Both the position numbers and the translations under genes were made by a program. A stretch of DNA of 46,856 nucleotides from Craspedostauros australis (lineage: Eukaryota): the NCBI GenBank assembly GCA_030167865.1, contig JALAGF010004474.1:1-46856 (forward strand). The letters are read 5' to 3'. The notes under the pieces were generated by a model. That model saw nothing but the letters and a program-made list of their open reading frames with translations. It ran no database searches and had not been told where the DNA came from. Every line of letters starts with the position of its first letter. Position 1 is the first letter of the stretch. This document shows, piece by piece, positions 1-12,388 of this stretch.

Positions 1-1318
1 CATGTTTTGGCGTTTGGGTGAATGTGTTGATGTTTGTGCTTGCAAGTGTGTGATGTTGGATGTGGTGATGTGTACGGTCTGCGTCATTTGTTGACATGAA
101 TGATCACAACATGACTTAGTCAGAGGAGTCGGCAATCGCTTGGACATGCACAAACTACACAGGAACAAGAATCCACGAAAAAATCATACTCGTTCCCATT
201 CAGCAGCACAGGTGAATGTGTGTGCTACGCTGGTACGGCAAGATAACAGTTGGCAAACAATCCAGATCTATTCTACACAGAAAATCAAAACCACACAGAG
301 TAGAATAGTAGGGTGCGAGTCGAGCATGCAGCGCACATGATGTTGTGACGAATGTAGAAGAGTATGATACGAGATCGCTCAGCAAAAACGTGCGGTGCAA
401 AAAACGAAGAGAAAGCGAGAATCGAACCGAAGCAAAAGAATGTCGTCATTGCGTCTTCAGAGCGCCCACAATGCATTGCTGCAACAGAGCATACAAAATT
501 CAAATACCGTCGATTGCCTTCGCGCTCCCACGACCAGCGTCGCAAACACACACTTCGAAATGGATTGGCAAACGCTGCGCTTCTGAAACCAAAACACACG
601 CGAAAATCAGGTCTGATCTGAACCAGGTGGAATGAAGACGTCAATTCGAACGTCTGTCCAACCACACACAACTTTGGCGATGTCACGCACCACGGAACAT
701 GTGACATCATACCGTGCTTAACGAAAACAAGAACGACGTCATCGCAGGCTCGACTCCGGTTAACGTCCGTAACGTTCACATCGGCACCTCAATTTTTTCA
801 AATCAAGCTTCCCACCAAGCAAAACACAAAGAAAGCGAAAATCAGATAGAAATGGGTTCCACGTGTCGTGACATGATCACCAAAAAAGAAACATCTGTCC
901 GCTTGCACCGTATTTGGCCTCTAAAACAGTAGATTGCCACTCTTATAATTTTATAACTAAGGCCTGGACTCACCATCTAACACCTGAATCATGTTACCAT
1001 AACGATAAAGTATATAAATGTAGGTTTTGATTTTTATGAGGGGCCGTACAAGCTTGGGCCAAAATGCATTCTGGATGGACCGCACCGCTTTTCGCTCACA
1101 CGGGTCATATGTATAAGTACGAACATGAAACTCAGATGATTCCACCCGAATAGCGTTTCAGTTCAGCCATTTGCACACAAGGAGTCGGTTGGCAGCGCAC
1201 TGTTGATACGATGCATCTTTAACTTCTATTATAGTAGCTGCTGAGAGTGTCATACTGTGTGCGAGTGGACACGATGGAGTGGCCTGTCGTACCATGCGTA
1301 TCGTCCAACCAATCTCCA

Positions 1319-2365
1319 TCACGCCAACGCGCTGAGCTCCGCCATCTCCGCATCCGTCAGCTGAAAGTCAAAGATGTTGAGATCCTCCGTGAAATGATCC
1401 TTGTTCTTGCTCTGCGTCGTGAACGAGGCGCCCGTCTGCACGATCCATCGCAACGCCACCTGCGCGTAGCTCTTGCCATACTGTTTGCCAATCTCGGCAC
1501 ATTTGCCCTTCATCGACGAGCTGAACCGCCCGCCCAGACTGCCACCCAACGGCGCCCAGGCCTGCACCAGCACGCCGCGTTTGGTATTGTCCGCGACCGA
1601 CTTGCCGGGATGATAGGCCACGCTGTACGGCAGCTGATTGACGAGCGGTTTGCTGGCCGTGTCCATCGACAGCACACAATCCATCTGGGACGGCGAGAAG
1701 TTGGAGACCGACAAAGTCTTGGTCAAGCCGGCCTGTCGCATTTCTTCGAACGACGCCCATTGGCCTTGGATCGAGGCGCAATCGGGTCCGGGATAGTCCA
1801 GCATGATCTGATCGAGGTAGGTGATGTCGCCGACTTCGAAGCAGTCCATGTTGCGCTGCCATCCCTTCGTGGTGTCCTTCTTGGCCTTGTCGTAGCCTTG
1901 CGCACGGTTCGACACGACGGATCCGCAGATGAAGAGATCCTCGCGCGGGATGCCGCTGGCCTTGACGGCGCGTGCGAATCCCTTCTGGTTGCCGGCCAGG
2001 ACGCTGGCGAAGAAGTTGCGGTACCCGACTTCCAAGGCCGTGAGGGTGAGCTTGTAGGCCGTGTCGTCGTTGTAGATCTGCAGACCGAAGGAGGCCAGGG
2101 GAAATTGCGTGACGCCGTCCGACAGCGTGGCGATGGGGTTGATGGCGGACTGCGTGGCGGCGAACGCAGGCGGGGATGGCAGCAGCAGCCCGCCCGAGGA
2201 TGCCACGAAGCCCGTTGTCAGCTGTTGGATGGCATCGCGTCGATTCGGGTTGCCCGCGTTTGGTTGTGGGATGGACAGCGCATCAGCGTGCGCAAGAAGA
2301 GATGCTGCTGTTAATACTGTTGCTGCGATGCTCGCGGAGAGCAGGTGGGACCTTGGCATCATCAT
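1319..2365 (-). CDS. Aldo/keto reductase-fold protein, plastid-targeted and probably thylakoid lumenal; catalytic tetrad not conserved
   Basis: AKR-like segments ALEVGYRNF, GIPREDLFI, LSVSNFS, VQAWAPLGG, AQVALRWIVQ, EDLNIFDFQLTDAEM. ATG at 2365 gives a signal peptide (ADA-L), followed by an RR...hydrophobic...AFA second signal. Confidence 0.85.
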   Translation of the reverse strand: MMMPRSHLLSASIAATVLTAASLLAHADALSIPQPNAGNPNRRDAIQQLTTGFVASSGGLLLPSPPAFAATQSAINPIATLSDGVTQFPLASFGLQIYNDDTAYKLTLTALEVGYRNFFASVLAGNQKGFARAVKASGIPREDLFICGSVVSNRAQGYDKAKKDTTKGWQRNMDCFEVGDITYLDQIMLDYPGPDCASIQGQWASFEEMRQAGLTKTLSVSNFSPSQMDCVLSMDTASKPLVNQLPYSVAYHPGKSVADNTKRGVLVQAWAPLGGSLGGRFSSSMKGKCAEIGKQYGKSYAQVALRWIVQTGASFTTQSKNKDHFTEDLNIFDFQLTDAEMAELSALA

Positions 2366-3214
2366 TGTGCGTGGTGTTGATGCAGTTGCTGTCTTGGCGA
2401 GTTGGTGAGTCAGTGAGTTGATGGCTGCCATCAATTACTATTACAGGTATGATACGATCTATACCTCAAGCATTGATGTGAGTGCTGATGACGAGATGGT
2501 GTCAAGTTGTTTGCAACGCAGCCACCAAAACAAGATCCACGATCAGAAAATCCATCACGGAATCAGGATCTTTGGCTGTGCTGGATTGGGTTCGGTTTGT
2601 TTGGCGAAAATTTGCGCGCGAATGAAGAAAGGCAGACAGACGCCAAAGAATTCGGAACAGGTGCCATTTTCGTTTTCGCGCTTCCGTTCGACCATGCAAC
2701 GGAAAAGAATCTTGGGCCTCCCCCCAGGGATGCGGGACTTGCACATACCTCCGAGCACGGTGCGAGCAGAGCCTGATCGCATGTTCGATGTTTCACTGTT
2801 TGGTTTGATTTTATGATTGCCTATTTTTTGATACAGATCATGATCCACGCAGCGACCTCCTCGCAAGATGTTCAATGTTTAGCTTGCTGGGATGGATGTT
2901 AATACGGAATGGAATGATGACATAGAAAGATGTGTGGCAGGAGTGGTGGAATGCAGTCTCTCATCGTATCCTCTGAGCTTGGAAATGGCTCTGGGGGACG
3001 TTGTACGGCATGGCGCCTCGTCCATTCCTAGTGGAATGATGCAGCCACGGAGAAATGGAGACTGATCTTCTTTGTTGTCCTCCTGTCCACGACATGGATG
3101 TGCAAGTAGGAGCGTGGACTTGGACCTCCAATCGCAATTGCGATCGGCAAGGTCGAGTAAATGCCCGATGTTCGCGTGTGTGTGCGTGCTTGTAGACAGG
3201 GCGGTTCTGGCACC

Positions 3215-4217
3215 TTACTTGGCTGCCTCGAAGAAGTTGGTGTTGATGAAGATGGTGGTGCCCATGAGAATACCCTTCTGGTCGGCGCTGGAGTTTTCTG
3301 GGAAATCAACCTCGAACGCCTGCGCGTCGGTGAAAAGCTCGGTGGCCACGGACTTTGGCTTTCTGAGGATGGAACCGACGAACGGGGCATCGCCGTTGGT
3401 CTGCTGCTGATCCGCTGGGTACACGCGGAAGGAGGCCTTGCAGCAGCCCTTGCCGCACGGGTTGCCTTCAGCGCAGCAGTTGACGCACACACCGCCGCAG
3501 CAGGTTGGCTGGTGGAGCTTGTACATGGGCTCGCCGTTGCTGTCGAAGATCTTGAAGGATGGCACGCAGTACCAGTAGTCCTCCTTGATGCTTCCCAGCG
3601 TAGTTCCATCGCTGGTGAAGGAAGCCACCTGGTAGCAGCAGCACTTACATCCGCATGGCATGCAGCTCATTGGACGATCGATGGTGACGAGCTCGGCGTC
3701 GGTGTTGAGCTCCTTCACGGTCATCTTGTACGGATGCACTGGAGAGCAGCAGAAGCGGCAACAGCAGCTGGCCTCCTCGATGGAATGGAAGACCTGGTCG
3801 TTGCCCATGAAGTACTTGAACTCAGTCAGGGCCTCGCAACCGAGCAGTTCCTGTTTTTAGCAGAGCAGAACAGAAGTGGTGATTGATTATGCATGGGTAT
3901 TTTGGCAGGATTGCGCATGACAATCATTTTCAAGTTTTTCGAATGGGTGACATGAGCATCGTTTGGCAAATGATGTGAGTGTTGATGAAGGGATGCCGAA
4001 GGGAAATCGAAGACCATTCTGCGTGGCTGCTGCCGTTCATTGTCCACTGCACAATGTACATTGTCGCCATCATGCGCATCATCCATCATGTAAGAACGCC
4101 ATCGTCGCTTACCTGGCACCATCCACGACGAGTTTGGCGGATGTCGAGCTTCTGGCACCCTGCCATGTGGGTCTTGAGGGCATTGCTGCCGCGGTCTTCC
4201 ATCTTGTTGGCCTCCAT
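3215..4217 (-). CDS. Phospholipid scramblase family protein, Cys-rich; exons 4217-4113 and 3850-3215 (~246 aa)
   Basis: A GTAAG...CAG intron joins RGWCQ|ELLGCEALTEFKYF in frame. Scramblase-like segments EEASCCCRFCC, IDRP, ELFTDAQAFEVDFP, KGILMGTTIFI. Confidence 0.85.
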
Positions 4218-5244
4218 CTTGAATGCGTTTGGTTTGTTGTTGTTGCTTTGTGTTGGTGGTGATGCCTTTGTGCTCGTCTGGACGATTGAGAGTGTCGAGT
4301 TCTGATTTTATGGTTGTTGTGGTTGCGAAATTATGATTTTGGTGTGGTGCCGCATCTTGGTGCAAATTGTTGCAAGTTGTTACGAGTTGTTTTGCTTGCG
4401 ATGTTGCGTGTTGTCGTGCTTCGCATCGTGTTGTGGTGCTCTGAATCGTGGTACTGGTGGTTCCGCTTTGATCCGGCGCCTCCTCATGAGTTCCAGCTTC
4501 CAGGCGATGCGCGTGCGAACAAGTTCAATTCATGGATCTTGTCATCAGCATTCTACGCTGGGGTTGCACGAAAAGCTTCTCAATTATGACTGGTGCCACG
4601 ATCACATAAACTTGATAAACCAATCACGAGCCGTAATTATGGACTGTTGTTGAATCACTGCAAGCCACAATGAGAATGCGAAACCAGACAGAACAGGATC
4701 TCCTGCCAAGCAGGAATCTTGTGAGCCAACATCACCATCCACAAGGTCAAGTGTCACGTGGCCACGCGCAGCAGCGAGTATGCACGCTTTCGTGGTTGCA
4801 CATTTCGGTCGTTGCGCCTTCCGCGAACGGCGGCTGCGCACTCTTCCTTGGGTGCTATCTTCTCGCGGGAGGGCGAAGGTCGTGGTGGCAACATTCCATG
4901 CGTTCGGGCGAAAGGGACACAAACACCCTCTTGCAACGACTCCAAGGTGGATTCCTCGGCGTGTCGGGAGAGTGATTGAGGCTCCTTCCGCGTCCAAAAC
5001 AATGCGCCATGCAATGTTGGGAAAGATGCGGAAGGCGGGGGCGATCCTTTGGCTGTGCCGGAACGCTTCGCCAGACAGGAGGTTGTTTTGACGCTGGACG
5101 CATCTTGGAACCGCCCACCGTCTCCTCCTCCCCCATCCATTGAACCACCAACATGAAAACGCACGACATGGAAGCCTGAAAATTGCTCTCTGTGCTCTAC
5201 GAAAACGTGGCGCTATCATTCATCTTATTGCCGTTCACCATTGC

Positions 5245-8200
5245 TTACTTGCCGTACACATCCTTGATGCCAGACGAGAGCTTCTCGACGGTGTCCTTGG
5301 CGTCACCGAGCAACATGTCTGTGTTGTCCTTGAGGAAGACTGGATTGTCGACGCCGGCATAGCCAGCAGCCAACGATCGCTTCATGACGACGACCTGCTT
5401 CGAGTTCCAAACTCTCAACACTGGCATGCCAGCAATTTGAGAGTTGGGGTCGTCTTCGGCGGCAGAGTTGACGGTGTCGTTGGCACCGATGACCAAAGTC
5501 ACGTCCGTGTCACCGAAATCGTCGTTGATCTCCTCCATCTCTTCGACGATATCGTACGGCACACCGGCCTCAGCGAGGAGGACCTGTTCGTGATGTGAGT
5601 TGAAGTAGAGTAATGCAATGTGCATGATGAATGTCAAGCAATTGGAATGGTGTGAGTTTTGGTGGCGGTGCCAGCGGTGAACACTATACCATCGATGGCA
5701 ACGACAACGACAACAAAATTGAACAAAGCCATGTGGCGATCAATCTTCGCATCACTCAACATACGCAAATGGATGCACATCGTCATGACGCTCAACGCGA
5801 TGCACTTACGTTCAGCTGGCCAGGCATGCGGCCTGCGACCGGATGAATGGCAAATCGAACCTTCTTGCCGGCATTCATCAATGACTCTGCCATCTCCTTC
5901 AGTGGATACTGCGCGTGCGCCACGGCCAGTCCGTAGCCTGGCACGACGATGACGCTTTCACTCTCCGCGAGCAACTTCACCGTATCGTCGATGTTCGTCA
6001 TGGTGGCTTCGCCTTCGAACTGCATGGCCTCTCCGCCGCCGGTGGCCTTGGTTCCGAATCCGCCCAAAATCACGGACACGATGTCACGATTCATGGCGTC
6101 GCACATGATCTTGGTCAGTGCTGCTCCGGAGCATCCGATCAATGCCCCGACTGTCGTCAAGATGGGCATGTCGAGCATGAATCCTTCCGCGCACAGCGCC
6201 CATCCGGAGTAGCTGTTGAGGACGGTGATGACGACTGGCATGTCCGCACCTCCGATGGATGCTGTCATGTGCCACCCGAGCGCTCCGCTGGTGGTCAATG
6301 CGGACGTCAGGGCGGTCATTCCGACACCGAGTTCTGGTGCTCCCATGACCACCGCACCTGCGCCAACCGTGGCAGCTCCCAAACCCATGTTGAGCTGATC
6401 ACGATATCCGAGCTTCATTGGTGTTGACGACATGCGTCCATCGAGCTTTCCGAATGCCACCAAGGATCCGGTGAATGTGACGGAACCAATGACCGTCGCA
6501 AGGTAGACGCTGCTGAGGTGCACGCCGTCGAGCTGGGTTGGGTCGGCAGAGTTCAGGTAGTCACCGACGGCCGCAGCGCTGGCTGCAAGACCGACCAGGG
6601 AGTGGAACGCAGCAACGGTTTGCGGCAGCGAGGTTGGGTCGACACGTTGGGCGATCATGTTACCAGCGACACCGCCAATTCCCATGAGACCGGCGATGGA
6701 TGCTGCCGAGCCGAGGGATGGCGAAAGGTGACCGAAGGTGGATGCGACGCCCAAGGCCACACCGGCCTGTCCGGAGGTGGCGCCCAATCGAGCGGTGCTC
6801 TGGGAGGACAGTCCTGCGATACCTCCGATGCAGAGGAGGCCGGAGAGGGTGGAAGCGGCAGTGTCAAGCTCGGGGAACTTGCCAGTCATGCTGCCAACGC
6901 CGTAAAGACCCATCGCGCCAGCAGCCGGGAGACCGTAGTAGTGGTAGTACTCAGGAGGATCCGTAGGTCTCTTGAACATGTCCAGCATCTTTCCGGTGAC
7001 GATGAATCCGCCTATCATCAATAAAATAGAGCAAATCAGAAAAGGTCATTGTTGTTGCATTCGGTGTTGAGTGATGGAGTAGAATTGGGTTGAGTTGATT
7101 GCGTGGGTCGCATGGGACCATTGCGCGAAGCAAACGATCAAATCGGCCATGGCCGTACATCCATACAATGCACAATGCACAGTCACGCAAGCAGGCAAGC
7201 AAGCAACTAGTCAACGGTATAACCAAACTCACCGACGATGTTGACCGTGGACATGCTGGTGGCCAAAGCTCCCAACATGGACACGGAGGCGCTGGTGGAA
7301 TGCGCCATGAGATGCATGCCTCCGAGAGCCGTCGTTCCGGAAATGGCGTTGGTGACGGCCATCAACGGGGAATGCAGAGCATGCGTGACACCGAGCACGG
7401 CTTGCACTCCAATGACGTTGGACAAGGCGAAGGTGGTGAACATGCTGGAGAAGGCCGCGTTGGGCGCGACGGCTCCGAATGCCAGGATAGACGTGGAGAC
7501 GATGGCCGCGTTGCGCGCGCCGGAGATGTAGGGTGCCTTGTAGTCGATCTCAACGACTGCAGCCTCTTTCTCCTCCTTCTGTGCCGTGGGCGGCGGCGGT
7601 GGTGGCAGCGGCGCTGGGTACATCATCTTTCCGTTCTCGACGACGAGCATGCCGCGCACGGCCTCATCTTCGTGGTCGATGTGGTAGTAGCTGGGCTCCT
7701 TGGTGGTGTGCGGTCCTGCGCTGAGCAGGAATTTGGAGATGTTGTTGGAGTACAGCGTGGACGATGTGGTTGGAAGGCGCGATGGCAGGTCCGTGTATCC
7801 CAGGCACGTGACGCCGTTGGGCGTGATGAACTTCTGATCCTTGACGGTCGTCTCGATGTTGCCGCCGGCCTCGGCCGCGAGGTCCACGGTGACGCTGCCG
7901 TTCTTCATCTTGGACACCATGTCCTTCGTGACCATGATGGGCGCCGTGCGTCCCGGAATGAGCGCCGTGGTGATGACGATGTCGACATCCTCGCACTGCT
8001 TCGTGAGCATGGCCCTGGCCGCCGCGTGCCACTCCTTGGACATCTGCTTGGCGTAGCCGCCAGCGCCGGAGCCGTCCTCCTCGTAGTCGACCTTGAGGAA
8101 CTGCGCTCCCATGGCCTCGACCTGCTCCTTCGTGACGGGACGCACGTCGAAGGCCCGCACGACGGCCCCCATGTTCTTCGCGGTTTGGATGGCGGCCAGA

Positions 8201-8868
8201 CCGGCCACGCCGGTTCCAATGACGAGCACCTTGGCCGGCGGGACCTTGCCAGCGGCCGTCATCTGGCCGGCGAAGAACCGGCCGAACTCGTTGGACGCCT
8301 CCAGCACGGCGCGGTAGCCGGAGATGTTGGCCTGGCTGCTGAGCGCATCGTAGGTCTGGCCTCGCGACAGCGTTCTGGGGATGCAGTCCATGGCGAAGAC
8401 CGTCGATTTCTGGTCCTGGAACTGCTGCACCAGGTCCTTGTTCTGCTGCGGGTAGATGAAGCTGATGAGCGTCTTGTCGCCGAGCTGCGTGGCTTCGTCG
8501 GTGGTGGGCGGACGCAGCTTGAGGACGATGTCGGCATCGGCCCACACCTTCTCGCCCGGAACGAGCTGCGCGCCGACGGCCTCGTAGGCGGCATCGGAGA
8601 AGTAGGAGGCCTCTCCCGCACCCTCCTCGACGATGACGGAGAATCCTGGCTTGATCATGCGCTCGATGGATTCCGGAGTGGCCGCCACGCGCTTCTCGAG
8701 CGGGAAGGTCTCCTTGGGAATGCCGACCGTCAGCTGGGAGTAGGCCGTTCCCTTCTTCACCGTGTCCTCAGACGATGCTGACGAGAAGACGCGCAGGGCT
8801 CTCGTGCGCAGCGCGGAACGGGCATACCGGCCGGCGCCTGCGTGGGTTGCGGTCACCAATCGCAGCAT
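5245..8868 (-). CDS. NNT: Proton-translocating NAD(P) transhydrogenase, single-chain alpha-beta type, mitochondrial; exons 8868-7233, 7011-5810, 5583-5245 (~1058 aa)
   Basis: Motifs [95 protein letters not shown]. Two GT-AG introns restore the frame. Arg-rich N-terminal presequence. Confidence 0.96.
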
Positions 8869-9911
8869 GGTTTTGGCCGTGATCGTTGCGCGCAAGTGTT
8901 CGCGATCGGAATCCAAAGAAGAACAAACCTTTCTTGCTCTGCGACTACGATCGTGCTGAAGCTGTGGATGCTATGAGTACTATATTGGCGCAACCTATTC
9001 TACGCTGGCACCTTTGGAGTATAGCGGAGCTCTTGCCGATCAATCCGTTGAAGGGTATTATACGACCTCTGCCTTGTCACTTCGACCAAGCCAATGGAAA
9101 TGGGGATGTGGTGCGCTCTCCAGCAAGCGATATCTACTGCCACAAGGAGTATGTATGATCCTTCGCAACCAGAAGAGCGAAGGTCCAACAAGGGGAAACC
9201 AGTGATGCTCTTTGATGTTCCCATCTTGGTTGGATCCTTGACACCCGCACAACCAACAGTCACAACGAGGTGTTCGTGCCTGTTTTGACAAGACACGCAT
9301 GCGGACAGAGAATCGGCAATCCGCGATCTTCAATCCCATCAAAGAAAGATACGGCCATCGACCTATTCGAATAATGTCAGGCTACGACCAAGAACTAGAA
9401 GCAAGTCTCGTGTTGTTACTCAGAACAAGATAGGTACCATGCAAGAGGCACCTGACCAGGACAAGAGGCTACTCCTACTTCCTGTATCGTGCGGGCACGA
9501 TGCGACATCCATCGTTCATATCTCATCATCTTCCAGGCTCTCTGCAAAGGTATGGTCGTATCGAAGGGATTGTTCGGTCAGAGTTTGCAATGGGAGGCAA
9601 CGCTGATGGAGTCCTTGTGGAGCAGCCCGCATTGTATGTAAGTATGGTACTTATTTCAACCATCTTACACCATCGCATGCGGCTAATCTCCGGAACAGCA
9701 TGGTATTGGAGAAGAGAAAGACGAGTGCTCAATTACTACAATACGTTTCACATGGCCGATTTCATTGAACACACCATTGTGCATCATCCGGCCATCACGC
9801 TTGCGCATCTCGAGCGTTCGACAACACTGAAGAAGCATCATTGGTGAATGCCTTGTTGTCGCAGGAATGCCCATGCCCCCAAACGAAACCATACCAGTAC
9901 TGTATCGCTGT

Positions 9912-11408
9912 TTATGCCGTGACGCTGGTGTCATCATCGATGGCGCCGTTGGTGGTCTTCCATGTCACCGTCTTCACCTTGTCCTTGGCGGGTTCGTACT
10001 GCGTCGGAAACGGCCGCATGACCTTCTTGCCCACCATAATGTCGACGGTCTTGCGCAGACGCTCAAAGACGGACTCCTGCACGTACGGCACACCGTACTT
10101 CTCGCAGATGGCCTTGAGCTTGGGCGCGCCCAGCTGGTACTGCAGCATGCTGAGATCGGGCCACACGTGGTGCTCGATCTGGTAGTTGAGCCAGCCGTGC
10201 GCAAAGTCGACGCGGTCCGTGCCGTACGCGTAGTTGGCGGAGCCGATGACCTGGCGCACGAAGAAGGGCCCGCTCTGCGGTTGCACCGCGTCGTCGAAGG
10301 TGTACATGTCATCGCCGGCGTGGTTCGTGACGATGGTGATGAAGGCGTGCACGTTGGAGACGAGATCGGCCACGACCAGGTTGATGAGGGCGTTCATGGC
10401 GAGGGTCGTGCCCCATGGCTGCGGCAGGAGGATCGCGAGCATGGCGGGGATCGCGAGGAAGCGGCATGCCAGCATGGGTCCCATGATGGTGGTGAAGAAC
10501 TTGAGCGGCGAAATCAGCTTGCGGACGGCGGCGCCGCGCTTGGGACTCAACAGGGAGACGACGGTCAGGGCCTCTTCCTCATTCAAATCAGCCGGCAGCT
10601 CCTTGCGCTGCGCCTTCCACTCGCTGATCTTGAGCTCCTTGTAGGTGTTGGGAGCGTAGTAGTACCACTTCCACACGGGCATGAAGGCGGCCACCATGAC
10701 GTACTTGGCGAACATCGGGATCTTCATCTCCTGCAGGAACTCCAAATTGCGTTGCACGAGATCGGGATCCTTGCCCTCGTTGAGCCGGTAATGATGCAGA
10801 CGATTGTGCTCGACGTTCCATGCCTCGGGCTGCATCCAATCCAGCCAATCCACGACGCGATTGACGGCACCCAGCGCGAACTTGCGGCTGTTGAACCGCC
10901 CGGCTTCGACGCGGTTGTATCCACCATGGCACGTGTGATGCGCAATCATGGTCCAGCTTGCGTAGGTCCACGTGCTGAGCGCGGCGATGGTGAGCGGGTT
11001 GGGTGTGGCGCAGACCGTGGCGAGGCCCACGACGGCGGCGATGTTGCGCCATTGCACGATCTTCATGAGATGGTTGACGTCGGCGTCGCCCGTGTTCTTG
11101 CGCAGCTCGCGGCCCAATGCCGCCACCTCCTTGCGGAATCCTTCGTAGTCCATGTCGGCGATCCAGGCGTCTTCTGGTGCCAGCTTGACATTCCTGTTGT
11201 CATTCTTGTTCAGCTGTTGCTGTTGTTGCTTTGGTGGTGCGGGGACGGTGGTTGGGATTCCATCCGGCATTGGAATGGCGACCGCATTCTGACGCGTCTT
11301 CGACAGGCCGCTTGCCTGGTTTCTGGCTGGGCGGATGTTAAGGGCAGACGCTGCGTGATCACTGGTGCCGACAGCGGCCAAGACGATTGCCAATGATGTT
11401 GATCTCAT
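9912..11408 (-). CDS. Membrane fatty acid desaturase, front-end-like His boxes, no cytochrome b5 domain, probably plastid-targeted
   Basis: His boxes HHTCH, HNRLHH and QIEHH. N-terminus MRSTSLAIVLAAVG...ASA-L resembles a bipartite presequence. No HPGG motif. Confidence 0.88.
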   Translation of the reverse strand: MRSTSLAIVLAAVGTSDHAASALNIRPARNQASGLSKTRQNAVAIPMPDGIPTTVPAPPKQQQQQLNKNDNRNVKLAPEDAWIADMDYEGFRKEVAALGRELRKNTGDADVNHLMKIVQWRNIAAVVGLATVCATPNPLTIAALSTWTYASWTMIAHHTCHGGYNRVEAGRFNSRKFALGAVNRVVDWLDWMQPEAWNVEHNRLHHYRLNEGKDPDLVQRNLEFLQEMKIPMFAKYVMVAAFMPVWKWYYYAPNTYKELKISEWKAQRKELPADLNEEEALTVVSLLSPKRGAAVRKLISPLKFFTTIMGPMLACRFLAIPAMLAILLPQPWGTTLAMNALINLVVADLVSNVHAFITIVTNHAGDDMYTFDDAVQPQSGPFFVRQVIGSANYAYGTDRVDFAHGWLNYQIEHHVWPDLSMLQYQLGAPKLKAICEKYGVPYVQESVFERLRKTVDIMVGKKVMRPFPTQYEPAKDKVKTVTWKTTNGAIDDDTSVTA

Positions 11409-11530
11409 GGTTGCTGTTTTTGTGGATTGCTTTGGTGCCCTTCTGATGCAGGTTGAACAAACAAATGAAAACAATGACTGTGAAATCGAATCCTTTTCCG
11501 AATTGTGTGGTCGTGTCGTTGTCTTTGTGC

Positions 11531-11595
11531 TTGTTGTTGTTGTTGTTGTTGTTATTGGACGACGACGACGACGACGATGACGATGATGATGACGA
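11531..11595. repeat. Compound microsatellite (GTT)n/(GAC)n/(GAT)n upstream of the desaturase
   Basis: Directly visible trinucleotide runs. Confidence 0.85.
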
Positions 11596-12388
11596 TACAA
11601 GTGACCACAACAATAATACCGATGGGTTCCAGTCGATTGTTCTGTGATAGTGATGCGGCACATGAGATGAAACGAGGAATGAAGAAGAAACGTGGTGCAA
11701 CGTTGCCTTGTGGACCAATCAGAGAACCAAAGCGCCGAGCAGCCACATGAACTGCCGATACCACCACATCACGCATGGATGCGACACAAACAAACTTGTG
11801 GCGGAAAAATGACTGAATCCGCGCGAAATGCGCGAAATGAAAGTTCCCATCCACTCGTGACCAAGCGAGAATGAATGGAAACAGGACTGTTGAGATTTAT
11901 TGGTTGCTCGAAGTAATCGAGTGCCAACATTCGACAAGAGCGACTGCAACGGAGTCGTCAGCAGTACGTCAGTCAACATCAAAAGCATGAAAAAGAGAGT
12001 CAGGATCATCACTACGACAGTTTGATCTTGCTGATGTGTTGGCCACCATGGTGGCGTTGACACGCGAGATGGATCCACGCTGCCAGCAACGGCCATCATC
12101 GGCACGAGAAAAAGTGGACAGCGTCAACATCTGCATCAGCATCCGTTTGTTGGAGTCATCGGGCATCATCGACAAGAGCAGAACATACAATAGCTACAAC
12201 CAGGGTACGAGCAGCCAATAGACCGCACCATACAACATCCAGCAACCTCCCATCCCGTCATCTCACTTCCTCCTCAGCTCACCAACTGTCTCTCAAGACC
12301 CGTTCGCATTCATCCAGAGACATCAGTCCGTAGATTCATACACATTCACGTACCATACTCCAAAGTCCTCCCTCACATCACCGCCATC

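Noticed and set aside
7099-8781. 560-aa plus-strand ORF, and similar long ORFs at 9867-11396, 1247-2314, 28567-29685 and 26665-27783
   Set aside because: These are antisense or off-frame shadows of real GC3-rich genes and have no recognisable motifs.
8960-9900. Short ORFs between NNT and the desaturase
   Set aside because: No family similarity recognised, and all frames are frequently interrupted by stops.
11409-11663. Upstream in-frame extensions of ORFs (desaturase; also 21903-22268, 19151-19441, 18345-18539)
   Set aside because: They are microsatellite or CA-rich leader sequence, several begin at non-ATG codons, and downstream ATGs give more plausible N-termini, including targeting peptides.
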